Shown: positions 52,348 through 63,028, numbered from the whole stretch's first letter. The stretch: DNA of 63,028 nucleotides, filler included, from Octopus bimaculoides (GCF_001194135.2; 8 parts of 8 records of this genome joined end to end with filler, not necessarily neighbours in it), one strand, 5' to 3'. Numbers and translations: made by a program. Notes: generated by a model from the letters alone, not told the origin.

Positions 52348-53059
52348 TAGAAATAGCAGTCAAACACCATTATTTTATTGTGGCTTTATGTTCTGCTGTA
52401 TGGAAACACATTGCGTACAACATTATATTCATATTGACCGTAAAAATTATTCTGTAGTCGCCAGTTTGTCGATCAGGTTCAGTATTTGTCGATGGTTTGA
52501 AGGGTTCATCTTTTTTTTTTTGTGGTAGAGATATCGAATCAGCAATTTTGTGGTGGCGTTTAGTGGGAGCTGTTCAGCTAGAGAACGGGTTGCCGATGAT
52601 GGACAGCGAGATGACCATCAAATATAATGGGTAGTTACGAAATAAGAAGACTCTGGCTTCAACAGCTGCCACTGTTGAGCTTTTGAAAAACTTACAACCC
52701 AATGATGTAGACAGGATGAAGCGCGTAAAGGCCGCATCCATATAAGCCTTGTCTACGTGGGTCCTATGCAAATAAGCTTGCTACCTGGAACAAATAAGAC
52801 CACCAAAAGCTGCAATATAAAAAAGTTTTGTGAAAAATAACCATACCGTATCATTTGTTAACAAGGGACGCGTCCGGACCTTAGGAATATATATTGCCGT
52901 CTCCACCTAACATCGGTGCAACCAGCTGTAAGCCTGCAACTTGTTCTGGGAGGTTGAAGCACAAGTGTTGCGGGTGCAGGAGAGAACAGCTGTTAATGGT
53001 TGGGAATTAGAATATAACAACCCTTACAAGGGAACTAGTGGTGAAGGCCAAATGCTTTT

Positions 53060-54720
53060 GACAACACATGGTCCGTGTCTCCACTACAAAGTTCCGTGGC
53101 TCTAATACCGTATATTTGAATGAATGGCGGAAACCACTATTCAGGTGTGATACCAACTGTGTCTTCACGGGCAGGAGAGAGGACACTCACAAACCTTCGG
53201 CTATAAGACTATAGTATGGAATGGATCCCGTGAGGTAGGAAGGTTTGCCTACTGAAACTTAGGCTGAAGGAACGATCGCTGTCGCTGTTGCACCAAACAG
53301 TGAGGCCAAACAGTGAGGCCAAATACAAATCTTTTCTTAACGAAGTCACTACAGTTTTAGATACAAAGACTGAGATTTCAATGCACATGTTAGCACTAAT
53401 CACCTGACATGGAAATGAGGGATTTGGAAGAATGGTGACCCCGAACGTAATCGAATGGAGGGGGCCTTACTAGATTTTTTCTTTGTTTTTTTTTTGCTAG
53501 AAATGGGCTCTCAATTATGAACACATTCTTCCAACACAGAGATATCCATAAGTATACCTGGTATTGGGATATTTTGGGACACAAGTCACTGATAGATTTT
53601 GTTATCTCACTGACCGCTTTGATTCTGTGCTGGACGTTCGAGTAAAGAGTGGGTTGGAGTTTTCAACCAATTACCTCCAGGTTGTCTGCAATCTCACTAC
53701 AGTAATGAGAACTCATAAAACTGGTAAGTCTAGTGCAACTGAAGAATAAGATGGGAAGCCCTGGTGGATGATGGCACCAGAAAGAAATATGTAGACACTA
53801 TTACCTCCAAATTCAAAAACCTCCCCGAATAAATTAAGGATGTCGAAACTGAGTGGAGATTGCCTTGTTCAATACTTCCCTCTTCGGTTGTATAATGCTG
53901 TGGACGAAAGCAGATCGGTGTAGCGCCGGATGGTAAGAGAACCCGCTAGTTTAACCAAGAAGTTAAAAATGACATCGGAGCAAAGAAGGAGTTTTACAAA
54001 GTTTGGTTTGGAAACAAGTCCTTCCTTTCGCACTTGCTGTACACTGAAGCGTGAAAAGTTGCAGCAGAGACCGTAAAAACGTCCAACACTAAGTCATGGG
54101 GGAGTTTGAGATTATCTTTTGGGAGGTAAAAAGAATGCATTGCTTATCAGTCACAATAAAATCTTCTGTTGATCACGAGGTGCATCAATGGTGAAGACTA
54201 ACTTGATAGAGGCTGAGATCACAAGGGCGATTCAAGCACTCAAATGTGGCCGGACTGCTGGGGAGGGTAAAATTCGGTCTAAGATTTTAGAAGTTTTAAA
54301 TAGAGAAGGTATTCTTTGGCTGACTGAGGTATGCCAGTTAGTTTAGACTTCTAGAAAGATATCAAGCAATGGGAATCTGGAGTGGTGGTCCCAATTTTTA
54401 TAGAGACATGAAAGCGTACTCTAATTATAGAAGAGTCACGTCGTTGAGCCTTCCCGGCAAAGACTATGCTAGGTGTCTGGAAAAGAGATGTAGATATTTT
54501 GTCGAGCTAGCAGAAGAATAGGGTGACTTTCGTCCTGGCCACAGTAAAACCCACTCTATGACAGGTCTTCGAGAAATCATGATAAGATTGCCAAGGGGTA
54601 TACACTTGACAACATTCTCGAAAAGGCGTATAACTGCGTGCTAGAGTCGTTTTACCGAATTTTGAGATGAATGGACAACTTCTGGTTGCCGTAAAGTTCC
54701 TATACGAATGCCCAGATATT
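53060..54720 (+). mobile_element. Decayed RTE-clade LINE: APE endonuclease and N-terminal half of RT
   Basis: APE motifs: STTKFRGSNTVYL, (YA)PNSEAKYKSFL, DFNAHV, IMNTFFQHRDIHKYTWY, KSLIDF. RT motifs: EITRAIQALKCGRTAG, SNYRRVTSLSLPGKDYARCLEKR, EE*GDFRPG. Many stops and frameshifts; the element may begin near 52545. Confidence 0.85.
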
Positions 54721-55090
54721 CTCAAAATCGGAAAGGAGAAAGTTGATTCGAAGACTACAGATCCAAACCATCACTGGAACTGTTAAAGTCTGTAAAATTT
54801 TCCAGAAGTTGATCCTTTAAGTATATATGAGCATGTCTAGATATGCAAGCATATGCATGAGAAGACATACATAAAATAAATCAGACAAATCTGTATGTAT
54901 ACCTACCTACCTACATACATACATACATACATACATACATACATACATACATACATACATACCCAGTTGTTGATGTTGAAATTCCAATTCTAGGTTAGAC
55001 AGCGGCTCTTTCTCTATTGGTAAGAAATCTTGAAATAAAACTGAATAATGACATACATACATACACATACATACATACATACATACATAC

Positions 55091-55170
55091 TGATGTTTTC
55101 TTTCAATTTATACCTACCAAATCTACTCACAAGGCTTTGGTCGGCCCTACGATGTATTTGAAGACTATAT
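55091..55170 (-). mobile_element. tRNA-SINE 5'-half fragment adjoining (TACA)n
   Basis: ttctttcaatttatacctaccaaatctactcacaaggctttggtcggccc matches 2500-2560. Confidence 0.65.
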
Positions 55171-55426
55171 ATATGTATAGTAAGACTTCCTGAAGAAAGT
55201 TAACGCAATTCACCAAAACTCGAAATCATAAGAGCATATCCAGATGCCAAACTATACAGCATTAAGCTGTGATGGTATGTTAAATTTTTAGCTCGTTTGC
55301 CCGACTACTGTTGTTGTCTACCTATGTTACTGTTGTTGTTATTATCAATTATTTATATTTACTGCAGATAATAATAACAATAACAATATCTATATAAATA
55401 TTCGCTTTTGAATATTTACTCCTTAT

Positions 55427-55464
<38 letters not shown>

Positions 55465-55767
55465 TGTGTATTAATGACACCTAGAAGAAGGTGCTTTTCC
55501 CACTCATCAAAGTGAATGGAGCTTTGACCAGGAGGGACTGTTATCAGACGGTATCCAACGTTCATCGAGTGTTTCGAGCCTGCCTGAACCGTAAACACCC
55601 TCCCATTGGTGGGTCAGCAGGGGTGGCCAAATCACTACTCCTCATCTCCTCCTGGCTTTCGGCTTAACCCCTCTCTCTTGCTCCAAAGCCAACAAAGAGC
55701 TCTTTCAGCTGCCTCTCCCATCTCATTCAATGCCCACTGAGCAGGGAACCCCCTACAACCAACCATG

Positions 55768-56422
55768 ACTGGGAAAGTAATGGTTATCGCCACCTAAATA
55801 TGGTTGTTCCGTAGGAACCAACGTTACTACCATTTTAATCCAACGAAGACGCCTCTTTCAACTGGTTATTCGATGCATTGCAAGCAGGGGAGTGGACCCC
55901 TACTAACTTCCAGCCACGAGACAACCAGACCTGCTTGCAATATATATATCGGATGCAGATTGCACCAAATAACCAGCTGGAGGAGGCGTCCTTCTGAGGT
56001 TAAAATGGTAGTAATGTCGGGTCCTACGAACCAGCTGTATTTAAGTGACAATAACCATTACTTTCCAGTATAGTTACTGCTTTCATCTCTTATAGAGATT
56101 TCTTAACTAGCTAATTTCCTTGTTGCAAGATCAGTGACTGGATGTCACTTATTTTCGATATGTTGCGAGCTGGAGTGAACGACTGCTAACTCTAGAGGAC
56201 GAGTATCCATCACTGAGGATGAGTACAAGGAGCTCGAAACCGTACAGTCTGGTGGTCTCGTGGCTGGAAGATGGTAGAGCTTCACTCCTCTGCTTGCAAT
56301 ATATGCCGGGTGCAGATTGCTGAATGAAGCGTCCTCCTGGGGTTAAAATGTTAGTAACGTTGGTTCCTACGGAACAGCCATGTTTAGGTGGCAATAACCA
56401 TTATTTCCCAGTATAAGACTGC
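55768..56422 (+). mobile_element. Hammerhead-bearing repeat: inverted partial copy (55768-55930, -) plus head-to-tail copies (55931-56080 and 56155-56422, +); retrozyme/pLTR-like
   Basis: Arm gttaaaatg.tagtaacgttggttcctacggaac...aataaccatta.ttcccagt occurs three times, once inverted. ctgcttgcaa at 55931 and 56290 and ccagt ending at 56069 and 56412 give a period of ~343-359 bp. Confidence 0.75.
56199..56261 (+). ncRNA. Type I hammerhead ribozyme (predicted cleavage after GUC, 56249/56250)
   Basis: ACGAG-tat-CCATCA / CTGAGGA / T / GAGT-acaagga-GCTC / GAAA / CCGTACAG / TC / TGGTGG-t-CTCGT. Stem I is 6 bp + internal loop + 5 bp, stem II is 4 bp, stem III is near-palindromic. Folded by hand. Confidence 0.75.
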
Positions 56423-56984
56423 AAATGCTTATTATAAATTTTATTTAGTTTATCAGTTTCACGCACACGCACGCACACATACTCAAATATATAAATATAT
56501 ATATGAAATTAAATATTGAAGACTTGTTTACAAAATGTTATCGTTCACATAACATATATATATAAGTGTTATGTGAACGATAATATATATACTACCATTT
56601 TTTTTCTTTCGTTTTAGTCCATTTTCAGACGCAAGCCCTAATTTCCTTTTAGTGATTTTATTGATCTAAAAAATGTAAACAAACATACGTGAGTGCACGC
56701 ACATTCACATACACATACACATACAGCCAAAGGTGTATATATAAACATGTATGCGTATGTGTGAGTATGTATGTATGTATGCATATATATATATATATAT
56801 ATATAAACAGAGAGAGAATAAAACAGAGAGGAAATAAACAGAGAGAGAATAAAAAAAACTTTTGGAGTTAACGGTCAATCATGGCCACTGGTTGAACAAA
56901 GGTTGTTAGAAAGAAGGGGAGATATTAAAATACTGGTGATCCCAAAACGAAGCTTTGTGTGTGTGTGTGTGTGTGTGTATATGT

Positions 56985-57021
<37 letters not shown>

Positions 57022-57121
57022 NNNNNNNNNNNNNNNNNNNNNNNNNNNNNNNNNNNNNNNNNNNNTTAATTAATTAANNNNNNNNNNNNNNNNNNNNNNN
57101 NNNNNNNNNNNNNNNNNNNNN

Positions 57122-57439
57122 TAGTTTTTCACCCTGGAATGAGATAGAAGTTGTTTCCTGTTTGTTTGCAGTCTTTATTGCACCTGAACATCTGCCACAA
57201 ACAAAAACTAACTTGCTAGTTAACCTGCCTTTGATGTTGCTGCACCTCTTATGTGTCCATAGCTTGCACCGGGTACATCTTATAGAGTTACTACCTACTC
57301 CTTTTCTACATACTGAGCAGGGCCATCTACCTGAAGGGGTTTGTGTTTTATCTACCTTCCTACTTATTAGGATTTTGGTTTTAGCTAGGTTGACTCTAAG
57401 GCCCTTCAATTCTAGACCTTGCTTCCACACCTGAAACTT
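57122..57439 (-). mobile_element. RTE-like LINE fragment (RT C-terminal part with a C4HC3 zinc finger)
   Basis: KFQVWKQGLELKGLRVNLAKTKILIS...CSVC-x10-CTRC-x4-H-x2-C-x14-CGRC; runs into the gap. Confidence 0.75.
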
Positions 57440-57967
57440 GGAATAATTGTAAATCTGACGATTGCATATATGTATTTATATATGTATATATATGGGTATA
57501 CAGTTGTGTGTATATGTATATATATTGTAATCTTCCAATACTGAAACGTATAGTTTCTTCATGTTTAATAAATATAAGTATTAACTAAAGTATGATATAA
57601 TTAATGAAGTATATTATACACCCAGCTGGTAATTTTAGTTATATCCTTTAAGTATTATTTCGTGATGTGCAAACTGATGTCATGAGTTTACTGTCAGATA
57701 TACTCATTAGGTTATTTTTGTATTATCTCAAATAGAATACCCGAATATAGATTAATCCCCAAAAATTGAATATTGACTTTTATCAGATACTTCGTATATT
57801 TATAGATAAATATATAAATATACGATAAATAAGACCCAAAGTACGATATGTAGATGCATATAACGCTGTAGGGTTACACCTGATTGATTTGGAAATTTGT
57901 TTTCCCAGATTATTTATATTATTCATACAATTGGTTCTACCACTAGGACTTCTTATATATGTCAGAA

Positions 57968-59769
57968 ATGGATCTTTCAAGTAGGAATGAGATGATAGAG
58001 TAGAACTCATCTTTGAAGGATACCTATTATCAGTAGGAAAGAATATATACAGGACCTAATTAACCAGCTAAAAAACTTTATGAATAGAATGAAATGGAAG
58101 GCCCACTACTACAATAACAAATATCCTAATAAGAATAATATTAACATGGAAGATATAGACTATATTAACATGGAAGATATAGACTATATTAACATGGAAG
58201 ATATAGACTATATAAAGAGAAAATTCAAATCTAGGAAGGAACCACCCAGGACTTTGAGGAGAAAATATGGAATATGGTGAAAGATATCAAATTCAAAAAA
58301 TACCCTAACAGATACAACAAGCACCTCAGCAACTTAGCTAGAAAAATTGAAATATTAAAGAACAGGATGGAGTTATAATGCAATCTGATAAGACCAGGAA
58401 TTTATATAGACTGGATATACCACTTTATGATAAACTACTAGAAAAGAAATAATGAAAAAATATAAGGTAGTTAATAAAAATTATTTAGATAATATCAACA
58501 TAATTTCCCAAAAATCATGGTTAAATATGGTATTGAAAATAGAACTGAACCACATGTCCCAATGCAGCCAAAATTAACCATTAAACACCATAAGGATAAC
58601 TTTTACTCAAACCCCCAAGTAAGATTAATATGCCCTGGCAAGTCAGGTATAGGCAGACTTAGTAAATTAATATTGGATAAATATATAGGTAAATTAAATA
58701 AGTTAGGTAACCTTAAACTCTGGAATTGTACCCGAGATACTATAAAATGGTTTAACAATAATAAGGATAAAAATAGATGTAAATTCCTTCAAATTGATAT
58801 AGAGAATTATTATTTATCTATAAATGAAGTGGTTTTAAATATGACATGAAAAAGGTAAATATGTCATTTGAAGAAGTAAAAGTAGTGTTGGCCGCAAGGA
58901 AGTCTATTATAAAATATAAAGATAAACTATGGGCAAGAAAAGACACTAGAGATTGTTATGATATACTCATGGGTACACCGATTTCAGCCAAGGTTACCGA
59001 TCTTGTAGGTTTATATCTCTTATCTGAACTAGAAATAGAATTCACGAATACAGAGGCTGGTCTTTATAGGGACAACCTACTACTTATAACTAAGAATTGT
59101 ACTAATAGGTCATTAGAATGCCTTAAGAAGAAAATGTACAAGTTCTTTAAGAATAATGGCCTAGGTATATCTATAGAGAATGAGCATTATGCAATAAATT
59201 ATCTAGACATCAACCTTAATCTAGTCACTAATAAGATCCATCCATTCCATAAGTTGAATGAAAACCGAAAGTATATTAGTTCTTCAAGTAGCCATCTTAA
59301 ATCAGTTAAAGAAGTCTTAATAAATAATATAGGCAAAAGAATATCTATGTTATCCTCAGATAATGACACTTTTAATAAACATGTCCCATATTATAAAAAA
59401 AAAGCATTAAAAGAAGCAGGATACAACTCTAATATAAAATTCTTTAATTATTATGAACACATTAATAATAATAATAATATAACAAGTATTCCTAATAAAA
59501 CTAATGATAAATCTAACAGTAAAAATATGAATAATAATAATAATAAAAGACAATATAACAAACTAAATAATGATAAAAATAATTTAGTTGCTAATAATGA
59601 TTATAATAATAATAGTAATAATGATAATGAGAATGTAAACAATAGTAAGAAACAAAGTAAAATATACATAAAGAGATATAGTATACCTAAGAATAACAAT
59701 TTAATACCGATGATGTCTACTAATAATGATAATATAAAAAATATAAAAAAGAAAATTAAAACTATGTAT
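57968..59769 (+). mobile_element. Penelope-like element reverse transcriptase, frameshifted; GIY-YIG endonuclease absent
   Basis: SLKD/PIISRKEYIQDLI..F..RMKWKA, KSRKEPP, DKTRNLY, LTIKHHKDNF.SNPQVRLICPGKSGIGRLSKLILD, LQIDIENYYLSI, YDILMG..SAKVTDLVGLY, GLYRDN, YLDINLNL, SSHLKS..KRISMLSS..EAGY. This is the PLE RT motif order; from recall it is closest to Naiad-type. Confidence 0.8.
58139..58210 (+). repeat. 3 x 24-bp tandem repeat (tattaacatggaagatatagacta; INMEDIDY)
   Basis: Three exact units with no spacers, in frame within the PLE ORF. Confidence 0.95.
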
Positions 59770-60100
59770 CTGCGCCGTGAGGACCAAAGACTCGAGGTAT
59801 TTCGTGTTGCAAGACAGTGTAGGAGAGAGAATAGTGATGTTGTAGGAGAGAAATGTGTTCGCATGGATGATGGTACGCTTGCATTAAATGAGGATGCAAA
59901 GAAAGAGGTCTGGAGATGCCACTACGATAGATTGCTTAATAAAGAGAATGAATGGGAGAAAGAGAGCCTGCCTTATGTCGACCCAATAGAGGGACCAGCT
60001 ATCCGAGTTGATAGTACCAGGGTAGATAAAGCAATTAAGAGTATGAAGACCGGGAAAGCCCCCGGCCCATCAGGAATCACTGCAGAGATGCTCAGAATAT
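59770..60100 (+). mobile_element. RTE-like LINE fragment (pre-RT region) joined to the PLE
   Basis: LRREDQRLEVFRVARQCRRENSDVVGEKCVR...YDRLLNKENEW...VDKAIKSMKTGKAPGPSGITAEML. Abrupt rise in GC at 59770; runs into the gap. Confidence 0.85.
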
Positions 60101-60849
60101 NNNNNNNNNNNNNNNNNNNNNNNNNNNNNNNNNNNNNNNNNNNNTTAATTAATTAANNNNNNNNNNNNNNNNNNNNNNNNNNNNNNNNNNNNNNNNNNNN
60201 ACGACACAACATCACAAAAATCGAGGATGGGCGAATATAGCCAGTTTTATCGATGCCATATTTTAACAACCCCCGAAAAGTTGAAAAACAAATTCATCTA
60301 ATACGACTCGCTACTATTTTACCAAAGACTGACGACGTGGAAGCTCTAATGATTTTGTTGGCGGCTTTTGGAAGATACATTGGAAACCAAAATATACACA
60401 AAGCTTATACACATAGACACTGAACACCAGGGGTAAAGCAACACCAGTAATTAACAAAAAAAAAAAAAATCCAACGAACCAACTGCATTATCCCTATGAA
60501 GTCATTCAATCTACTAGAAGTAGCAGTCAAAAATTAGCTTAAATTACATCCGACCATCTGAAAAAGCAGGAAGGACACAGATAAAACAGCCATGGATATG
60601 CAAAGCTATAGCAAAATTAGGTAATAACGAGAACGCTCGTGATCGTATGTATATTCAAAACTTCCCGGGGTCGCCAACGGCAACAAATAGCATGCACTAC
60701 AGTTTTACAGCATCAAATAATTAAGTACCTACTTTACGGCATGTTTTCCATGTTGTACGAATCCCTTGCCCCAGCCTTTCTTTTAAGTTAATTTGCTATT
60801 CACGGTCATGAAACAAATTTCTCCATCTTCTGCCCAGTCGTTCTAATAT

Positions 60850-62748
60850 CTGATTATAGAGTTAAACTTTCTCAGTCCGAACTCCATTCTGATATCAGCA
60901 CTGAAAGTATACACTGTATCAACGAGCGAACTGACTTGGGCTTCATCTTTACCACAAAGTTTGAGGTCATCCATGAATAACAAATGGTTGACTTTTTGTT
61001 GGCGGCTTTTGGATACATACCCAGCTTTTGCTTTCCTCAGAATCAGTGTTAGTGGTATCAAGCGCAGTACCAAGATCAGTGGGGACAGGCAGTCCCTTGG
61101 AAGATGCCCCTCTTGATTTCTACTGTCCCTAAACTTCTTCCTATGCTGTCAGTTCCGTCCTCCAATTCGCCATACTTTTTCCAAGCAATCGCTCAACATT
61201 CGATGCAATACCAAACAGGTTCATACATTCCATTATCCAAGAGTGTGGGATCATATCGTACGCTTTACGATAGTCGATCCATGACATGGCTAAGTTACTT
61301 TCCTCCTCTTGCAGTCTCTAAGTACAGATTTGTCTATCAGGAGTTGATCCTTGGTACCTCTGCACTTACGCTTGCAACCTTTCTGTTCATGTGGCAGGAC
61401 TCCATTTTTTCCAGATGTTCGTACATTGACTCTCCGAGTATTCCAGTCAATAATTTCTACATAAGTGGCAAACAGGAGTTCGGCCTGTAATTGTCTACCG
61501 TATAGCTTTTATCGATGTTTTTCAAGCACAGCACTGTCCTACCCAACATCAACCACTCTGATATTATTTGGTCAGTATTTAACAAGGTGTCGAGTTGCGC
61601 AGCTATTCGTGCATGACATTCACCAAATCTTTTGATCTAGTAGTCATGAACTTCATCTGGTCCCGGGGCCTTCCAGTTGCTCATTTTTTTGCTGATTTCC
61701 TTCACTTCCCTAACTTAAATGACTAGTTCTGCTTGTTTTGGACAGACTACTGTTTGTTTCAGTTCTTGCAGCCATTTAGCATCCTTCTTGTATTCCTTGT
61801 CAGTGTCAGTCCAAAACCTTTGACTTTCATTATCTGGTATCGAGAGCATATCTAACCCTGCCTGTATTCTTCTTTTCCACCATGGGTCTTTTCTTTTGTC
61901 ACTCTCATTATATTTCTTTTTCTTGACATCAACACCCACATTTTCTGCTACAACAATACTTGCTGCCTTGATCAAATTGTTTGTTCTGATGTATTTCAGA
62001 ATATCATTGACATTTTTCGTTTCTTGTTTCAACTTCTACCGGTCAACCTTTTTAAGGTTGCAAATCATGTCGCTATCGTTCTCCTGTAGTCTTGCCTTTA
62101 TCATGTTGTAGCTTGCCTTTTGTTCATCTGCCATGTCGCCATTAGTTTTATTGTCTTCTTTTCAATCATTTATATGTCTCTCATCAAGTAAACTACCACT
62201 GTTCCTTTCCTGTGCTATGAGATTACTTTTTTCAGTAAGAACTGTATTTTCATCGTTATCTCTGCTGCTATTTTCCAAGACCCGTCTTTTGATGGCTTTG
62301 AGCTCTACTTCTGTGAACCAACGACTTTTTCTTATTGCTCTAGTTTGATCACATAGTCTCTGTTTCGTGAGTTGAAACAATCCCTTTTCACTCCAATAAT
62401 CATACATACGTTGTCGGTCACCTCTAATTTGAGCACCATTTTCATCTACCGGGTTGCTCAGGTAGTAACACTCCATGACCACAGCATTAATTTGCTTGCT
62501 CCTTCTACGCCGTGTGTGGTGGTCCCTTTCTGGATATCGACAAGCTGGAGCCAGACCAGAATCTCTGAGCCTGCCGGGTGCAACACTGTCATCATCAATG
62601 GCTCCAGTTTCATTACCATCGTTATTCACAATATTTTGTTTATTCATTGACACTCATATGAGGTAGCGATTATCAAGTTGCACAATTACCAGTGTTTTTA
62701 TTGTGACACCAATAATCAGGACATGGGGAGACTCCACCTGCTCTTTTC
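60850..62748 (-). mobile_element. Decayed R4/Dong non-LTR retrotransposon, 5' end through RT, 3'-truncated
   Basis: N-terminus VMECYYLSNP...RQRMYDYW..QRLCDQTRAIRK..WFTEVEL; DPWWKRRI; NWKAPGPDEVH; [16 protein letters not shown]; LSPLILVL; HLLFMDDLKL; EFGLRK, after which homology stops. The 5' end abuts an (ATT/ATC)n tract. Confidence 0.88.
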
Positions 62749-63028
62749 ATTATTATTATTATTATCATCATCACTGGTATTACTGGTATTACTGTTTGGG
62801 CCTCAGATTTCTGTACTACCAGAATAGTAGTAGTTGTAGTATTTGTAGTATTAGCAGCTGCAGCATATTATAATTATCATATAATTTTTATCATTATCAC
62901 CCTCACCACCACTACCACTGTTATTATCATTATTACTATTTCTATTTATTATTAAAAGATTTTATTAAATGTTCTTTGTTTTCAAATTTTGTCTCGTACT
63001 TGAGATAATCAGAAATATGTGGTTGTTG

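Noticed and set aside
57455-57556. CTGACGA...GAAACGTA upstream of the PLE ORF as a pLTR hammerhead
   Set aside because: The position is attractive, but 12 unpaired nt separate the hairpin from GAAA and stem I does not pair next to the core. Worth revisiting only with a family consensus.
58139-58210. 24-bp repeats as a CRISPR-like array
   Set aside because: The repeats are directly adjacent with no spacers, in a eukaryotic TE ORF, with no cas genes.
58844-58849. TGA ending ORF 58517..58849 as a selenocysteine codon
   Set aside because: RT homology continues in a different frame (58846 onward), so this is a frameshift, not read-through.

Overview
AT-rich, microsatellite-saturated eukaryotic scaffold segment with roughly 6 kb of N. 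Seven 100-bp joins carry an artificial TTAATTAATTAA six-frame-stop linker. The repeat landscape is most consistent with a cephalopod (Octopus-like) genome; that assignment is inference. Only one host coding exon is recognisable: a 98-nt + strand exon (47351-47448) encoding the start of the F-BAR domain of an FCHSD2/nervous-wreck orthologue, so most of the window is probably intronic. The rest is decayed transposons: several tRNA-derived SINE families, R4/Dong and RTE LINE fragments, a Penelope-like element (PLE) RT, mariner and DD41D Tc1/mariner relics, and possible Helitron and TTAA elements. Nearly all ORFs in the supplied track are microsatellite or N-gap artefacts. The most notable signal is RNA-structural. 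A complete type I hammerhead ribozyme fold (56199-56261, +) sits inside a ~345-360-bp tandem plus inverted repeat with retrozyme/pLTR-like architecture. Two further degenerate hammerhead-like motifs occur at 49310-49380 (-) and in the tail of a tRNA-derived SINE at 37597-37645 (-). A PLE reverse transcriptase, the class of enzyme proposed to mobilise such elements, lies ~1.5 kb from the first motif across an assembly join. All folds and alignments were done by eye; nothing was computed or searched.
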